From Actinomycetota bacterium (lineage in GTDB: Bacteria > Actinomycetota > Actinomycetes > Actinomycetales > Microbacteriaceae): a DNA stretch of 64,000 bases. The DNA lies in NCBI GenBank assembly GCA_005778835.1, contig SXMG01000049.1, forward strand, positions 1,746 through 65,745, in the 5' to 3' direction. Shown here one piece after another: positions 1 to 8,458 of this stretch. The notes below the pieces were generated by a model that was not told the DNA's origin, made no database searches, and saw only the letters and a program-made list of their open reading frames with translations. A program made the translations under genes and the position numbers. How positions within the stretch are numbered: position 1 is the stretch's first letter; each line of letters begins with the position of its first letter.

Positions 1-1
1 T

Positions 2-76
2 GAGCTCGATGACGACGACGATCTGGACGACGACGAGCCGGGCATCACCGACGAGAGCGGCACGAGCCGGGTCTAG
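2..76 (+). CDS. 3' end of an upstream gene (acidic C-terminus), partial
   Basis: Frame 2 reads ELDDDDDLDDDEPGITDESGTSRV then TAG at 74-76 with GC-rich codons; the start is outside the window. Confidence 0.45.
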   Translation, partial: ELDDDDDLDDDEPGITDESGTSRV

Positions 77-147
77 TACCTGATGTCTCGTGCTCTAGCT
101 CGGGGCTCGCGTGAGTACGATCGAGGCAACTGACAGCATCATGCCCG

Positions 148-447
148 TCACGCTCCGTGCCGGCGCGACATGCGCTGAACCTCGGCGTCGATGTCGGCCT
201 CGGTGATGACCTTGCCCGGTCCCCATGCGTCGATCGCCATGAACATCGCGGCGATTCCCATGCCGCCGATCGCGAAGATCGGCCAGAAGAAGGCGTTGGG
301 CGTCAGGAACGCCCACACACCGACGACGATGGCCGAAACGGCGGCCCAGACGAGAAGAAAGCGGAAGAACTCGCGCTGGGCCTTCAGCCGACGATAGGCC
401 TGCTTGCGCACTCGCTCCGACTCGGTGGCATTGCTGTTCGTAGTCAT
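148..447 (-). CDS. 2TM domain small membrane protein
   Basis: Two hydrophobic helices with FFWPIFAIGGMG and an acidic tail; ATG at 447 lies 7 nt after a TAGGCT -10-like box. Confidence 0.75.
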   Translation of the reverse strand: MTTNSNATESERVRKQAYRRLKAQREFFRFLLVWAAVSAIVVGVWAFLTPNAFFWPIFAIGGMGIAAMFMAIDAWGPGKVITEADIDAEVQRMSRRHGA

Positions 448-565
448 GTCATCGAGCCTACGAGCGGGCTTGGCCACGCGCATCCCCCGAATGGTGGACG
501 CTCTGACCCACCCTTCAGCGGGCCTCGACCTCCGTCGTTGCGGCTGCGGCCGCGCGTCAGCGGCC

Positions 566-718
566 CTAGTGGTCGAGCTTGATCGCGCCCGTCGAGAAGA
601 TCGAAAGGGCGATGAAGACGAGCGACGGCAGCACGATCAGTGCCGCGAAGCCGCCGAACAGCAGAACAGAGAACTTCTCCAGCCGCGTGAGTGCGGGCGC
701 TCCGTCGTCGAGTGTCAT
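566..718 (-). CDS. 50-aa single-TM small protein (not in the ORF track)
   Basis: MTLDDGAPALTRLEKFSVLLFGGFAALIVLPSLVFIALSIFSTGAIKLDH*; TATCAT-N6-ATG leaderless arrangement. Confidence 0.55.
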   Translation of the reverse strand: MTLDDGAPALTRLEKFSVLLFGGFAALIVLPSLVFIALSIFSTGAIKLDH

Positions 719-732
719 GCTCCGATGATACG

Positions 733-1644
733 TCAGCGCGAGTGGGCGCCGGGCAGGCCGTAGCCCTCGTCGACCGAGCCGATGGCGAGTCCGTCGGCGA
801 GCAGGCCCGCGAGCGCACGCTCGCGCTGCACGGCGTCGGGCCAGAGCGACTCGACGGCCTCGGCGGGCACCGGAGTGTCACTCAGGCGCAGCTCGCGCAT
901 GATGAGCCCGCGCACCTGACGGTCGCTGCCCTCGAAGCGCGCCTGGCGGGGTGCAACAGGGCCCTCGTACTCGGGGTAGCCGGCCGCGCGCCAGGCGCAC
1001 AGCTCGGCGATCGGGCAGGCCTCGCACTTCGGCGTGCGGGCGACGCACACCGTCTGGCCGAGCTCCATCGCGCCGGCGTTGAACGCGCGCGCTTCGGCCG
1101 GGTCGCTCGGCAACAACTGCTGCATCGTGGCGAGGTCGGCGCGAGTGCGCGCGCGCCCGGCCTCGCCCTGACCAGCAACGGCGCGGGCCAGCACTCGGCG
1201 GGTGTTGACGTCGACCACCGGCACGGGCTGGGCGTAGGCGAACGCCGCGACGGCGCGGGCGGTGTAGTCGCCGATTCCGGGCAGGGCGAGAAGAGCATCC
1301 ACGTCATCGGGCACGACGCCGCCATGCTGCTCGCTGATGGCGACGGCCGCGGCGTGCAGGCGCAGTGCGCGGCGCGGATAGCCGAGGCGATCCCACGCGC
1401 GCACCGCCTCGGCGGGGGAGTCGGCGGCGAGCGCGTCAGGCGTCGGCCACCGTGCGAGCCACTGCTCGAGTCGGGGGACCACGCGTGCCACGGGCGTCTG
1501 CTGCAGCATGATCTCGCTCACGAGCGTGCCCCAGGCGCTGAAGCCCGCGCGGCGCCAGGGCAGGTCGCGCGCGTTCTCGGCGAACCACGCAATCACGCGG
1601 GGCGGGATGCCCGCACGCCGCTCGGCGTCGCCTGCTGACTCCAC
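733..1644 (-). CDS. mutY: A/G-specific adenine glycosylase (short actinobacterial MutY)
   Basis: SEIMLQQT, HhH motif LPGIGDYTA, VDVNTRRV, Fe-S motif C-X6-C-X2-C-X5-C. Confidence 0.9.
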   Translation of the reverse strand: MESAGDAERRAGIPPRVIAWFAENARDLPWRRAGFSAWGTLVSEIMLQQTPVARVVPRLEQWLARWPTPDALAADSPAEAVRAWDRLGYPRRALRLHAAAVAISEQHGGVVPDDVDALLALPGIGDYTARAVAAFAYAQPVPVVDVNTRRVLARAVAGQGEAGRARTRADLATMQQLLPSDPAEARAFNAGAMELGQTVCVARTPKCEACPIAELCAWRAAGYPEYEGPVAPRQARFEGSDRQVRGLIMRELRLSDTPVPAEAVESLWPDAVQRERALAGLLADGLAIGSVDEGYGLPGAHSR

Positions 1645-1673
1645 CCCACCACGCTACGTCGTCTCGTGTGCAA

Positions 1674-1808
1674 ACTCTGCTCTGCGTAGTCGCATATTGC
1701 GCAACCGAACTCGCGAAGTCGCAGTTTGCGACCACGCGGCGCTCGTGATGCAGCGAGTCGGCAATCGAGCGCGACCTGTCGGTTGCGCAGGTCGCACAGA
1801 GCATGAGT
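1674..1808. repeat. Intergenic nested inverted repeats (REP-like hairpin)
   Basis: TGCGCAACCGA 1698-1708 / TCGGTTGCGCA 1779-1789; TGCTCTG 1678-1684 / CAGAGCA 1797-1803; inner GTCGCA/TGCGAC hairpin. Confidence 0.5.
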
Positions 1809-1823
1809 CCGTAGGGTCGGCGC

Positions 1824-2468
1824 ATGACCGATCGCGCCGCACTGCTCGCCGATATCGCCGACGAGGTGCTCGCGCAGAATCCTTCCGGTCGCCGGATGCT
1901 CGCGGTCGATGGCGTCGATGGCGCGGGCAAGACGACCTTCGCCGACGCCCTCGAGCCGGTGCTGCAGGATCGTGGAGTGCACGTCGTGCGCGCGAGCATC
2001 GACGGCTTTCACCGACCGAGGGCAGACCGCTACGCGCGTGGTCGCGACTCGGCCGAGGGGTACTACCGGGATTCCTTCGATCTCGAGGCGCTTCGCACGC
2101 TTCTCATCGAGCCGTTTCGTTCGGGGGCCGAGGAGGTCGTGGTCACGGCGTTCGATCACGCGAGTGATGCACCGGCCGAGCGGCGCGCGACGGGCATTCC
2201 GAGGGATGCGGTGCTCGTGATCGACGGCGTCTTTCTGCACCGGCCCGAGCTTCGCGGGCTCTGGCACAGCAGCGTATGGCTGGAGGTCGACGACGCGGTG
2301 CGCGATGCGCGACTCGCCGCTCGCGACGGCGCTGGCTCGCTCGCGCCGCGCTACTCAGACGGGCAGGCGATCTACGCTCGCGAAGCGAATCCCCGGCGCG
2401 CCGCCGCCATCATCATCGACAACAACGACGCGGCTCACCCTCGGCGCGACTTCGCCGACTTCTGCTGA
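1824..2468 (+). CDS. Uridine kinase-like P-loop kinase
   Basis: VDGVDGAGKTT Walker A, SIDGFH, VLVIDGVFLHRPEL. Confidence 0.8.
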   Translation: MTDRAALLADIADEVLAQNPSGRRMLAVDGVDGAGKTTFADALEPVLQDRGVHVVRASIDGFHRPRADRYARGRDSAEGYYRDSFDLEALRTLLIEPFRSGAEEVVVTAFDHASDAPAERRATGIPRDAVLVIDGVFLHRPELRGLWHSSVWLEVDDAVRDARLAARDGAGSLAPRYSDGQAIYAREANPRRAAAIIIDNNDAAHPRRDFADFC

Positions 2469-2512
2469 CTCGCGGCTGGGCAACGCTCAGCATGCGCCCC
2501 TAGCGTGGCGGC

Positions 2513-4024
2513 ATGAAGATGCTCGTCACCGGGGCCACCGGCTACATCGGCGGACGCCTCGTGCCGCGCCTGCTCGAGGCGGGCCACGAGGTGCGCGTGT
2601 TCGTGCGCGATCCGGTGCGGCTGCGCGACGTGCCCTGGGCGGGCGACGTCGAGGTCATCGTGGGTGACTTGAGTCGCTCCGCCGACGTCGAGCGCGCGGT
2701 CGACGGCATCGACGTTCTGTACTACCTCGTGCATTCGATGAGCAGCGCCGGCGACTTCGAGCGCACCGAGCGGCAGGTGGCGTCGACCGTCGCGCGAGCC
2801 GCGGCCGCCGCGAAGGTCGGCCGCATCGTCTACCTCGGCGGCCTGCACCCCGACGGCCCGCTCTCGGCGCACTTGCGCAGCCGCAAAGAGGTCGGCGACA
2901 TTCTCATGTCGAGCGGCGTGCCGACGGCGGCGCTGCAGGCCGGGGTCGTCATCGGCTCGGGCTCGGCGAGCTTCGAGATGATCCGGCACTTGACCGAGGT
3001 GCTGCCCTACATGCCGGCCCCGAAATGGGTGCGCAATTTCATTCAGCCGATCGCGGTGCGGGATGTTCTCCACTACCTCGTCGGAGCATCCACCCTGCCG
3101 GCCGACGTCAACCGCACCTTCGATATCGGAGGCCCCGACGTGCTGCGCTACGGGCAGATGATGAACGGCTACGCCGTGGAGGCGGGCCTCAAGCAGCGCC
3201 CCATCGCGAGCCTGCCGGTGCTGACGCCCTATCTGGCGAGCCAGTGGGTGAACCTGGTGACGCCGATTCCGCGGTCGCTCGCGGTGCCGATCATCTCGAG
3301 CCTGCAGTACGACGCCGTGTGCAGCGAGCACGACATCGACGAGTACATCAGCCCGCCCGACGCCGGTCTCACGGGCTACCGGCTCGCCGTGCGCTACGCG
3401 CTCGCCAAGATGCGCGAGGGCGAGGTCGAGACGAGTTGGCAGAACTCGACCGTGCAGGGTGCGCCGAGCGATCTGCTGCCGAGCGACCCCGAGTGGAGCG
3501 GTCACACCGTCTTCACCGACCGGCAAGAGGCCGAGTCGTCGGCCCCGCCCGAGGCGCTCTGGCGCGTCGTCGAGGGCATCGGCGGCGACAACGGCTGGTA
3601 CTCACTGCCCGTCGCGTGGGCGGCGCGCGGCTGGCTCGACAAGCTCGTGGGCGGCGTCGGCCTGCGGCGCGGCCGACGCGACCCCGACCGCCTCGCGCAG
3701 GGCGAGGCGCTCGACTTCTGGCGCGTCGAGCGGCTCGAGCGCGGGCGCTTCTTGCGGCTACGTGCCGAGATGAAGCTGCCCGGCCGCGCGTGGCTCGAGT
3801 TCACGGTCGAGGAACGGCCGGGCGGACGCTCGCGACTCGTGCAGCGTGCCATCTTCTTCCCGACCGGGCTGGGCGGGCGACTCTACTGGGCGGCGGTCTT
3901 CCCCTTCCACGGCATCATCTTCTCGGGCATGGCGCGGTCGATCGCGGCCACGGCTGCGACGACACGCGGTCGCGCGATCGGAGGCGAGTCGGCAGCGAAC
4001 GGTGTTCAGGTCACAGAACGGTAA
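2513..4024 (+). CDS. Atypical SDR/NAD(P)-binding protein with C-terminal DUF2867 (YbjT-like)
   Basis: VTGATGYIGGRL Rossmann motif; C-terminal DFWRVE...LRAEMKLPGRAWLEF. Confidence 0.88.
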   Translation: MKMLVTGATGYIGGRLVPRLLEAGHEVRVFVRDPVRLRDVPWAGDVEVIVGDLSRSADVERAVDGIDVLYYLVHSMSSAGDFERTERQVASTVARAAAAAKVGRIVYLGGLHPDGPLSAHLRSRKEVGDILMSSGVPTAALQAGVVIGSGSASFEMIRHLTEVLPYMPAPKWVRNFIQPIAVRDVLHYLVGASTLPADVNRTFDIGGPDVLRYGQMMNGYAVEAGLKQRPIASLPVLTPYLASQWVNLVTPIPRSLAVPIISSLQYDAVCSEHDIDEYISPPDAGLTGYRLAVRYALAKMREGEVETSWQNSTVQGAPSDLLPSDPEWSGHTVFTDRQEAESSAPPEALWRVVEGIGGDNGWYSLPVAWAARGWLDKLVGGVGLRRGRRDPDRLAQGEALDFWRVERLERGRFLRLRAEMKLPGRAWLEFTVEERPGGRSRLVQRAIFFPTGLGGRLYWAAVFPFHGIIFSGMARSIAATAATTRGRAIGGESAANGVQVTER

Positions 4025-4083
4025 CGGGCTGCGCTAGCATGGCTCCACCGCAATGACGCGGTGACTGTCTGAAAGCGAACGCG

Positions 4084-4980
4084 ATGCCCCTGACGCGCAC
4101 GATCGACCGACCCCGTCGATACTCAGTGCGTCGCAGCACGGCCGCCTTCACCGCCACCCTGGCCCTCGTGGCCGTGCTCACCTTCGACCACACGGCCGCG
4201 ACCGTGCACGCGGCGCAGCCGCTCGGGTCGTTCGGGCTCAACGACGGGCTGCCGCTCACGGTCGCACACCGCGGCGACCCGGCCGCCGCACCCGAGAACA
4301 CGATGCCGGCCTTCGAGGCCGCCCTGCGCAGCGGAGCCCAGGTGCTCGAGCTCGACCTGCAGGCGACCGCCGACGGCCACGCGGTGCTCTTTCACGACGA
4401 AGTGCTCGACCGCACCACGAACGGCAGCGGCCCCATCGCCGAGCGCACGCTCGCCGAGCTGCAGACCCTCGACGCGGGCAGCTGGTACGGCAGCGCGTGG
4501 GCGGGCACGAGCATCCCGACCTTCACCGAATTCCTGCCCCTGCTGCAGTCGTCGAACGCGCGGGCCCTCATCGAGCTCAAGGGCATCTGGACCCCCGACG
4601 AGCTGCGGCCCGTCGCCGCCGCGATCTACCGCGCCGGAGTGCAAGACCGCGTCGTGCTCGCGAGCTTCGAGACGCCGACGCTGCTCGACCTGTGGCGCGA
4701 GGCCCCGTCGCTCGCGCGCGCTGTCGTCGTGCGGCGGCTGCCCGACGACCCCGTGGCCTTCGCGGCCGCGCACGGGGCGTCGACCGTGGTGACGAGCCTG
4801 CGGTCGTTCCAGGTCGAGCCCGAGGCCGCTGAGCGCCTGCGCGCCGCGGGCCTCACGATCATCGTCTACACGCTCAACCGCGCCGACTTGTGGCAGCAGG
4901 CAGTGGACCTCGGCGTCGACGGCGTCGTGACGGATGCTCCCCGCCGGCTCGCGCAGGTGCAGGCTGCGACGCGCGGGTAG
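4084..4980 (+). CDS. Glycerophosphodiester phosphodiesterase, likely exported
   Basis: VAHRG, PENT, LELDL, FHD, IELK, GVDGVVTD; hydrophobic N-terminal segment. Confidence 0.88.
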   Translation: MPLTRTIDRPRRYSVRRSTAAFTATLALVAVLTFDHTAATVHAAQPLGSFGLNDGLPLTVAHRGDPAAAPENTMPAFEAALRSGAQVLELDLQATADGHAVLFHDEVLDRTTNGSGPIAERTLAELQTLDAGSWYGSAWAGTSIPTFTEFLPLLQSSNARALIELKGIWTPDELRPVAAAIYRAGVQDRVVLASFETPTLLDLWREAPSLARAVVVRRLPDDPVAFAAAHGASTVVTSLRSFQVEPEAAERLRAAGLTIIVYTLNRADLWQQAVDLGVDGVVTDAPRRLAQVQAATRG

Positions 4981-6363
4981 TCAGCGACGCTGCAGCAGTG
5001 CGGCATATATCTCGATGCCCTCGAGGAACGACGAGATGCGGATGCGCTCGTTCTTCGCGTGCAGGCACGCGCGCTCGGCGCCGCTGAGCCGGAACGGCGC
5101 GAAACGGTAGACGTGGTCGCTGATCGTGGTGAAGAAGCGCGAGTCGCTCGCCTGCATCATGACGTAGGGGCTCACGAGCAGCCCGGGCACGCTTTCGTCG
5201 ATCGCACCCACGAGGTCGTCCCAGGCGCGCCCCGAGGCGGGGGAGACGGGGGAGGGTTCGCTCGGCAGCAGCACGTCGATGACGACCAGCTCATCGTTGA
5301 TGGTGCGCCGCACCTCGTCGACCGCTTCGGCCACGCTCGACCCCGGGGCGATGCGCATGTTGACGGTCGCTTCAGCGTGCTCGGGCAGCGCGTTGGCGGC
5401 GTGCCCGGCGCGCAGCTCGGTCACGGCCCGCGTCGTGCGCAGCAGGGCGGTCGTCTCGGCACCGCGCCGCAGCAGCACGCGCAGCAGGAGCGGCGCGAAA
5501 GCGTCGACGTGCCGGAACACGAACCGCAGGGGCTGCTTCGTGCGCGCGCCGAGGGTGCGGATCATCGCGCGCATCGTCGGGTCGAGCCGCGCCTTCGCCG
5601 GTGAACCGTTCAGTCGCAGGATCGCCAGGGCGAGCCGCTCGGTCGCCGCGAAGGGCGGCGGGCTCGAGGCGTGACCGCCCTGCTGCTCGACCCGCAGTGT
5701 GAGGGTCGTGATGCCTTTCTCGGTCACGCCGATGAGCGCGGCAGGCTCGTCGAGCCCCGGAAAGACGTCGCGCACGATCGCGCCGCCCTCGTCGACGACG
5801 AGCGAGGGGCGGATGCCGCGCTCGCGCAGCGCCGCCACGATCGCCTGCGCACCCGTGCCCGCGACCTCCTCGTCGTGGCCGAAGACGAGCAGCACATCGT
5901 GCCGCGGGGTGAAGCCCGCCTCGAGCAGGCGGTCGACCGCTTCGAGCACGGCGACGAGCGAGCCCTTGTCGTCGATCGTGCCGCGGCCCCAGACGACCTG
6001 CTCGCCGTCGTGCTCGAGCACTTCGGCGCCGAACGCGGGGTGCTGCCACCCGTCGTCGGTCGCCGGCACGACGTCGTAGTGCGCCATGAGCACGGTCGGC
6101 GCGCTCGCCCCGGTCGGGTCGCTGCCGGGCCAGCGGTAGAGCAGCGAGTACGGCACGTCGCCCTCGGGATCGGTGCCGTGGCGCTCGACGGTCAGTGCCT
6201 CATGCACGCGCGGGTACAGCGCGGGCAGTGCGGCGATGAACTGCTCGAACGCGTCCCGATCGGCGCGCGGGCCGGGGCCGGTCGTCGGGCGCGAGATGGT
6301 GGGGATGCGCACGAGGGTGCGCAACCTCTCGATCGCGCGGGCGTCGGCGGCAGCATCCGTCAT
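4981..6363 (-). CDS. M20/M25/M40 family metallopeptidase
   Basis: LMAHYDVVP, GRGTIDDKG, HDEE, VVDEGG, GGHASSP, HAKNE. Confidence 0.9.
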   Translation of the reverse strand: MTDAAADARAIERLRTLVRIPTISRPTTGPGPRADRDAFEQFIAALPALYPRVHEALTVERHGTDPEGDVPYSLLYRWPGSDPTGASAPTVLMAHYDVVPATDDGWQHPAFGAEVLEHDGEQVVWGRGTIDDKGSLVAVLEAVDRLLEAGFTPRHDVLLVFGHDEEVAGTGAQAIVAALRERGIRPSLVVDEGGAIVRDVFPGLDEPAALIGVTEKGITTLTLRVEQQGGHASSPPPFAATERLALAILRLNGSPAKARLDPTMRAMIRTLGARTKQPLRFVFRHVDAFAPLLLRVLLRRGAETTALLRTTRAVTELRAGHAANALPEHAEATVNMRIAPGSSVAEAVDEVRRTINDELVVIDVLLPSEPSPVSPASGRAWDDLVGAIDESVPGLLVSPYVMMQASDSRFFTTISDHVYRFAPFRLSGAERACLHAKNERIRISSFLEGIEIYAALLQRR

Positions 6364-6408
6364 GCATTGAGCCTATGGCGGGGCCTGCAGAGCAGGTAAC
6401 GTGCCAGA

Positions 6409-8280
6409 ATGCGCCGTTTGCCGATCGCCCTCGTCGCGGGCGCGGTGATGCTCGTGCTCGCGATCATCGCCGCCGTCGTCCTGCTGCCCCGGGTTCTGCC
6501 GACCACGCTCTCGAGCGGCCCGGCACCGCAGGCGGCGGCCGCCGCGATCTCGAACGGGCCCCTGCGGGCCGATGTCAACGCCTTCACCTTCGACTCGTTC
6601 CACGCCGACTACGTGCTGGGCCGCGACGAGACGGGTCACGCAACGCTGACGACGACCGAGACGCTCGTCGCCCGCTTTCCCGACTTCGATCAGAATCGCG
6701 GCATCCGTCGGTCGCTGCCCGCGACCTATCAGGGCCACACGACGAATCTGCAGGTCGTCTCGGTGACCGACGAGAACGGGCAGCCGAGGCCTTTCACGGT
6801 CGATGCCGGGTCGAATCGCATCGACATCGTGTCGGCGGTGCCCGAGGGCAGCTACACCTACGGCGTGCAGACCTACGTCATCACCTACACGCAGCGCGAC
6901 GTCGTCGACTACTTCAGAAACTCGGGTGCCCAAGAGTTCTACTGGAACACGAACGGCACCGACTGGGCGCAGCCGTTCGCGAGCGTCTCAGCGTCGGTGA
7001 CGCTCGACGACGGGCTCGCTGGAGCCCTGCTGCCGGGCCGAGCGTTCTGCTACGTCGGCTACGCGGGCTCGACCGACCAGTGCGAGATCTCGGTCGACGG
7101 CGACACGGTCGCGACGCAACCTGTCGCCCTCTTCCCGTACCAGAACGTGACGATCGCGCTCGGCTTCGCCGACGGCACCTTCGAGCTCTTCGACAGCTCG
7201 GTCTTCGCGTCGATCTGGGGCTGGCTGCTCGTGCTGTGCGCGCTCGCCGCGGTCGGTGCGGCGATCGCGGCGGTCGTGCTGCGGGTGACGGTGCATCGGG
7301 ATGCTCGCGGCAGGCCCGTCATCGTCGCCGAGTACCTGCCGCCGCCGGGAATGAGCCTGCTCGAGGCCTCGATCCTCACCCGTCACCGCGCGCGCGCCGT
7401 CGCGAGCCAGCTCGTCGACTTCGCAGTGAATCGCGTGCTCACGATCATCGAGGTGCCCGGCGGCTGGTTCTCGCTGAGGTCGACGTGGCGCCTGCGGCTC
7501 GAGTCGGGCATGGGCGTCGAGGGGGAGGAGCGGCGCCTGCTGAGCTACTTCTTCGGCGGCGGGCTCGTCGGCGGCACGGAGCACACCCTGAAGGCTCAGA
7601 ACACGACGCTCAGCACGCAGATTCAGAAGCAGCTGACTCGCATCTCGACCTCGATGGTGAAGCGCGGGTGGCGCCGCACGATCCCTGCCCGTCACTCCGG
7701 GTTGTTGACGCTCGTCGTCATTCTCTCCACGATCGGAGCCTTCATCTCGGTCGTGAGTCTCACTGATGAGGGGCGGGCCGACGGCGACTCGGTCTTCCTC
7801 GTGATCCCGCTCACGTTCCTCTGCTTCTTCATCGTGGCCGCGATGCTCTACCGTCAGCCGTTGACCGAGAAGGGGGCCGAGCTCGCGGACCACATCAAGG
7901 GCCTCGAGCTCTACATCCGCCTCGCCGAGGCCGACCGTCTGCGCGTGCTGCAGTCGCCGCAGGGCGCCCTGCGCGAGCCGGTCGATGTCAACAGCCCCGA
8001 GCAGCGCATGAAGCTCATCGAGCGACTGCTGCCGTGGGCCGTGATGCTCAAGCAGGAGCGCGAGTGGGCGAGAGAGCTCGGCGAGTTCTATGCCGAAGGG
8101 CAGAGCCCGGCCTGGTTCTCGAGCTCTCGAGCGTTCTCGGTGAGCGCGTTCTCGGCCGGAGTCGGCTCGGTCGCCTCGACGCTGTCGTCGAGCTACTCGG
8201 GGTCCAGTTCGTCGGGCGGTTCGTCGGGCGGAGGCTCCTCCGGCGGCGGCGGTGGCGGTGGAGGCGGCGGCGGAGTGTAG
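6409..8280 (+). CDS. DUF2207 family membrane protein
   Basis: N-terminal TM, NRGIRR, EFYWN, several TMs, ERLLPWA, Ser/Gly-rich tail ending GGGGGGGV. Confidence 0.85.
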   Translation: MRRLPIALVAGAVMLVLAIIAAVVLLPRVLPTTLSSGPAPQAAAAAISNGPLRADVNAFTFDSFHADYVLGRDETGHATLTTTETLVARFPDFDQNRGIRRSLPATYQGHTTNLQVVSVTDENGQPRPFTVDAGSNRIDIVSAVPEGSYTYGVQTYVITYTQRDVVDYFRNSGAQEFYWNTNGTDWAQPFASVSASVTLDDGLAGALLPGRAFCYVGYAGSTDQCEISVDGDTVATQPVALFPYQNVTIALGFADGTFELFDSSVFASIWGWLLVLCALAAVGAAIAAVVLRVTVHRDARGRPVIVAEYLPPPGMSLLEASILTRHRARAVASQLVDFAVNRVLTIIEVPGGWFSLRSTWRLRLESGMGVEGEERRLLSYFFGGGLVGGTEHTLKAQNTTLSTQIQKQLTRISTSMVKRGWRRTIPARHSGLLTLVVILSTIGAFISVVSLTDEGRADGDSVFLVIPLTFLCFFIVAAMLYRQPLTEKGAELADHIKGLELYIRLAEADRLRVLQSPQGALREPVDVNSPEQRMKLIERLLPWAVMLKQEREWARELGEFYAEGQSPAWFSSSRAFSVSAFSAGVGSVASTLSSSYSGSSSSGGSSGGGSSGGGGGGGGGGGV

Positions 8281-8458
8281 ACTTCTGCTCAAGCGCTTCC
8301 GCCCACCGGCCGTTCCTCGACCGGGTCAGGGCGACGAAAGCGCGGCACGTGCAGTCGTCGAGTTCGCGCGCATCTCGCGAGCCCGAGGCGGTTCTGCAGA
8401 TCATGCAGGGCTGCGGTTCGTTCGGAGCATCCACGCTCCGCACCGTTCGAGGAGGGGC

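Noticed and set aside
8176-8280. Low-complexity GGC/TCG repeat tract
   Set aside because: Normal Ser/Gly-rich tail of DUF2207 proteins
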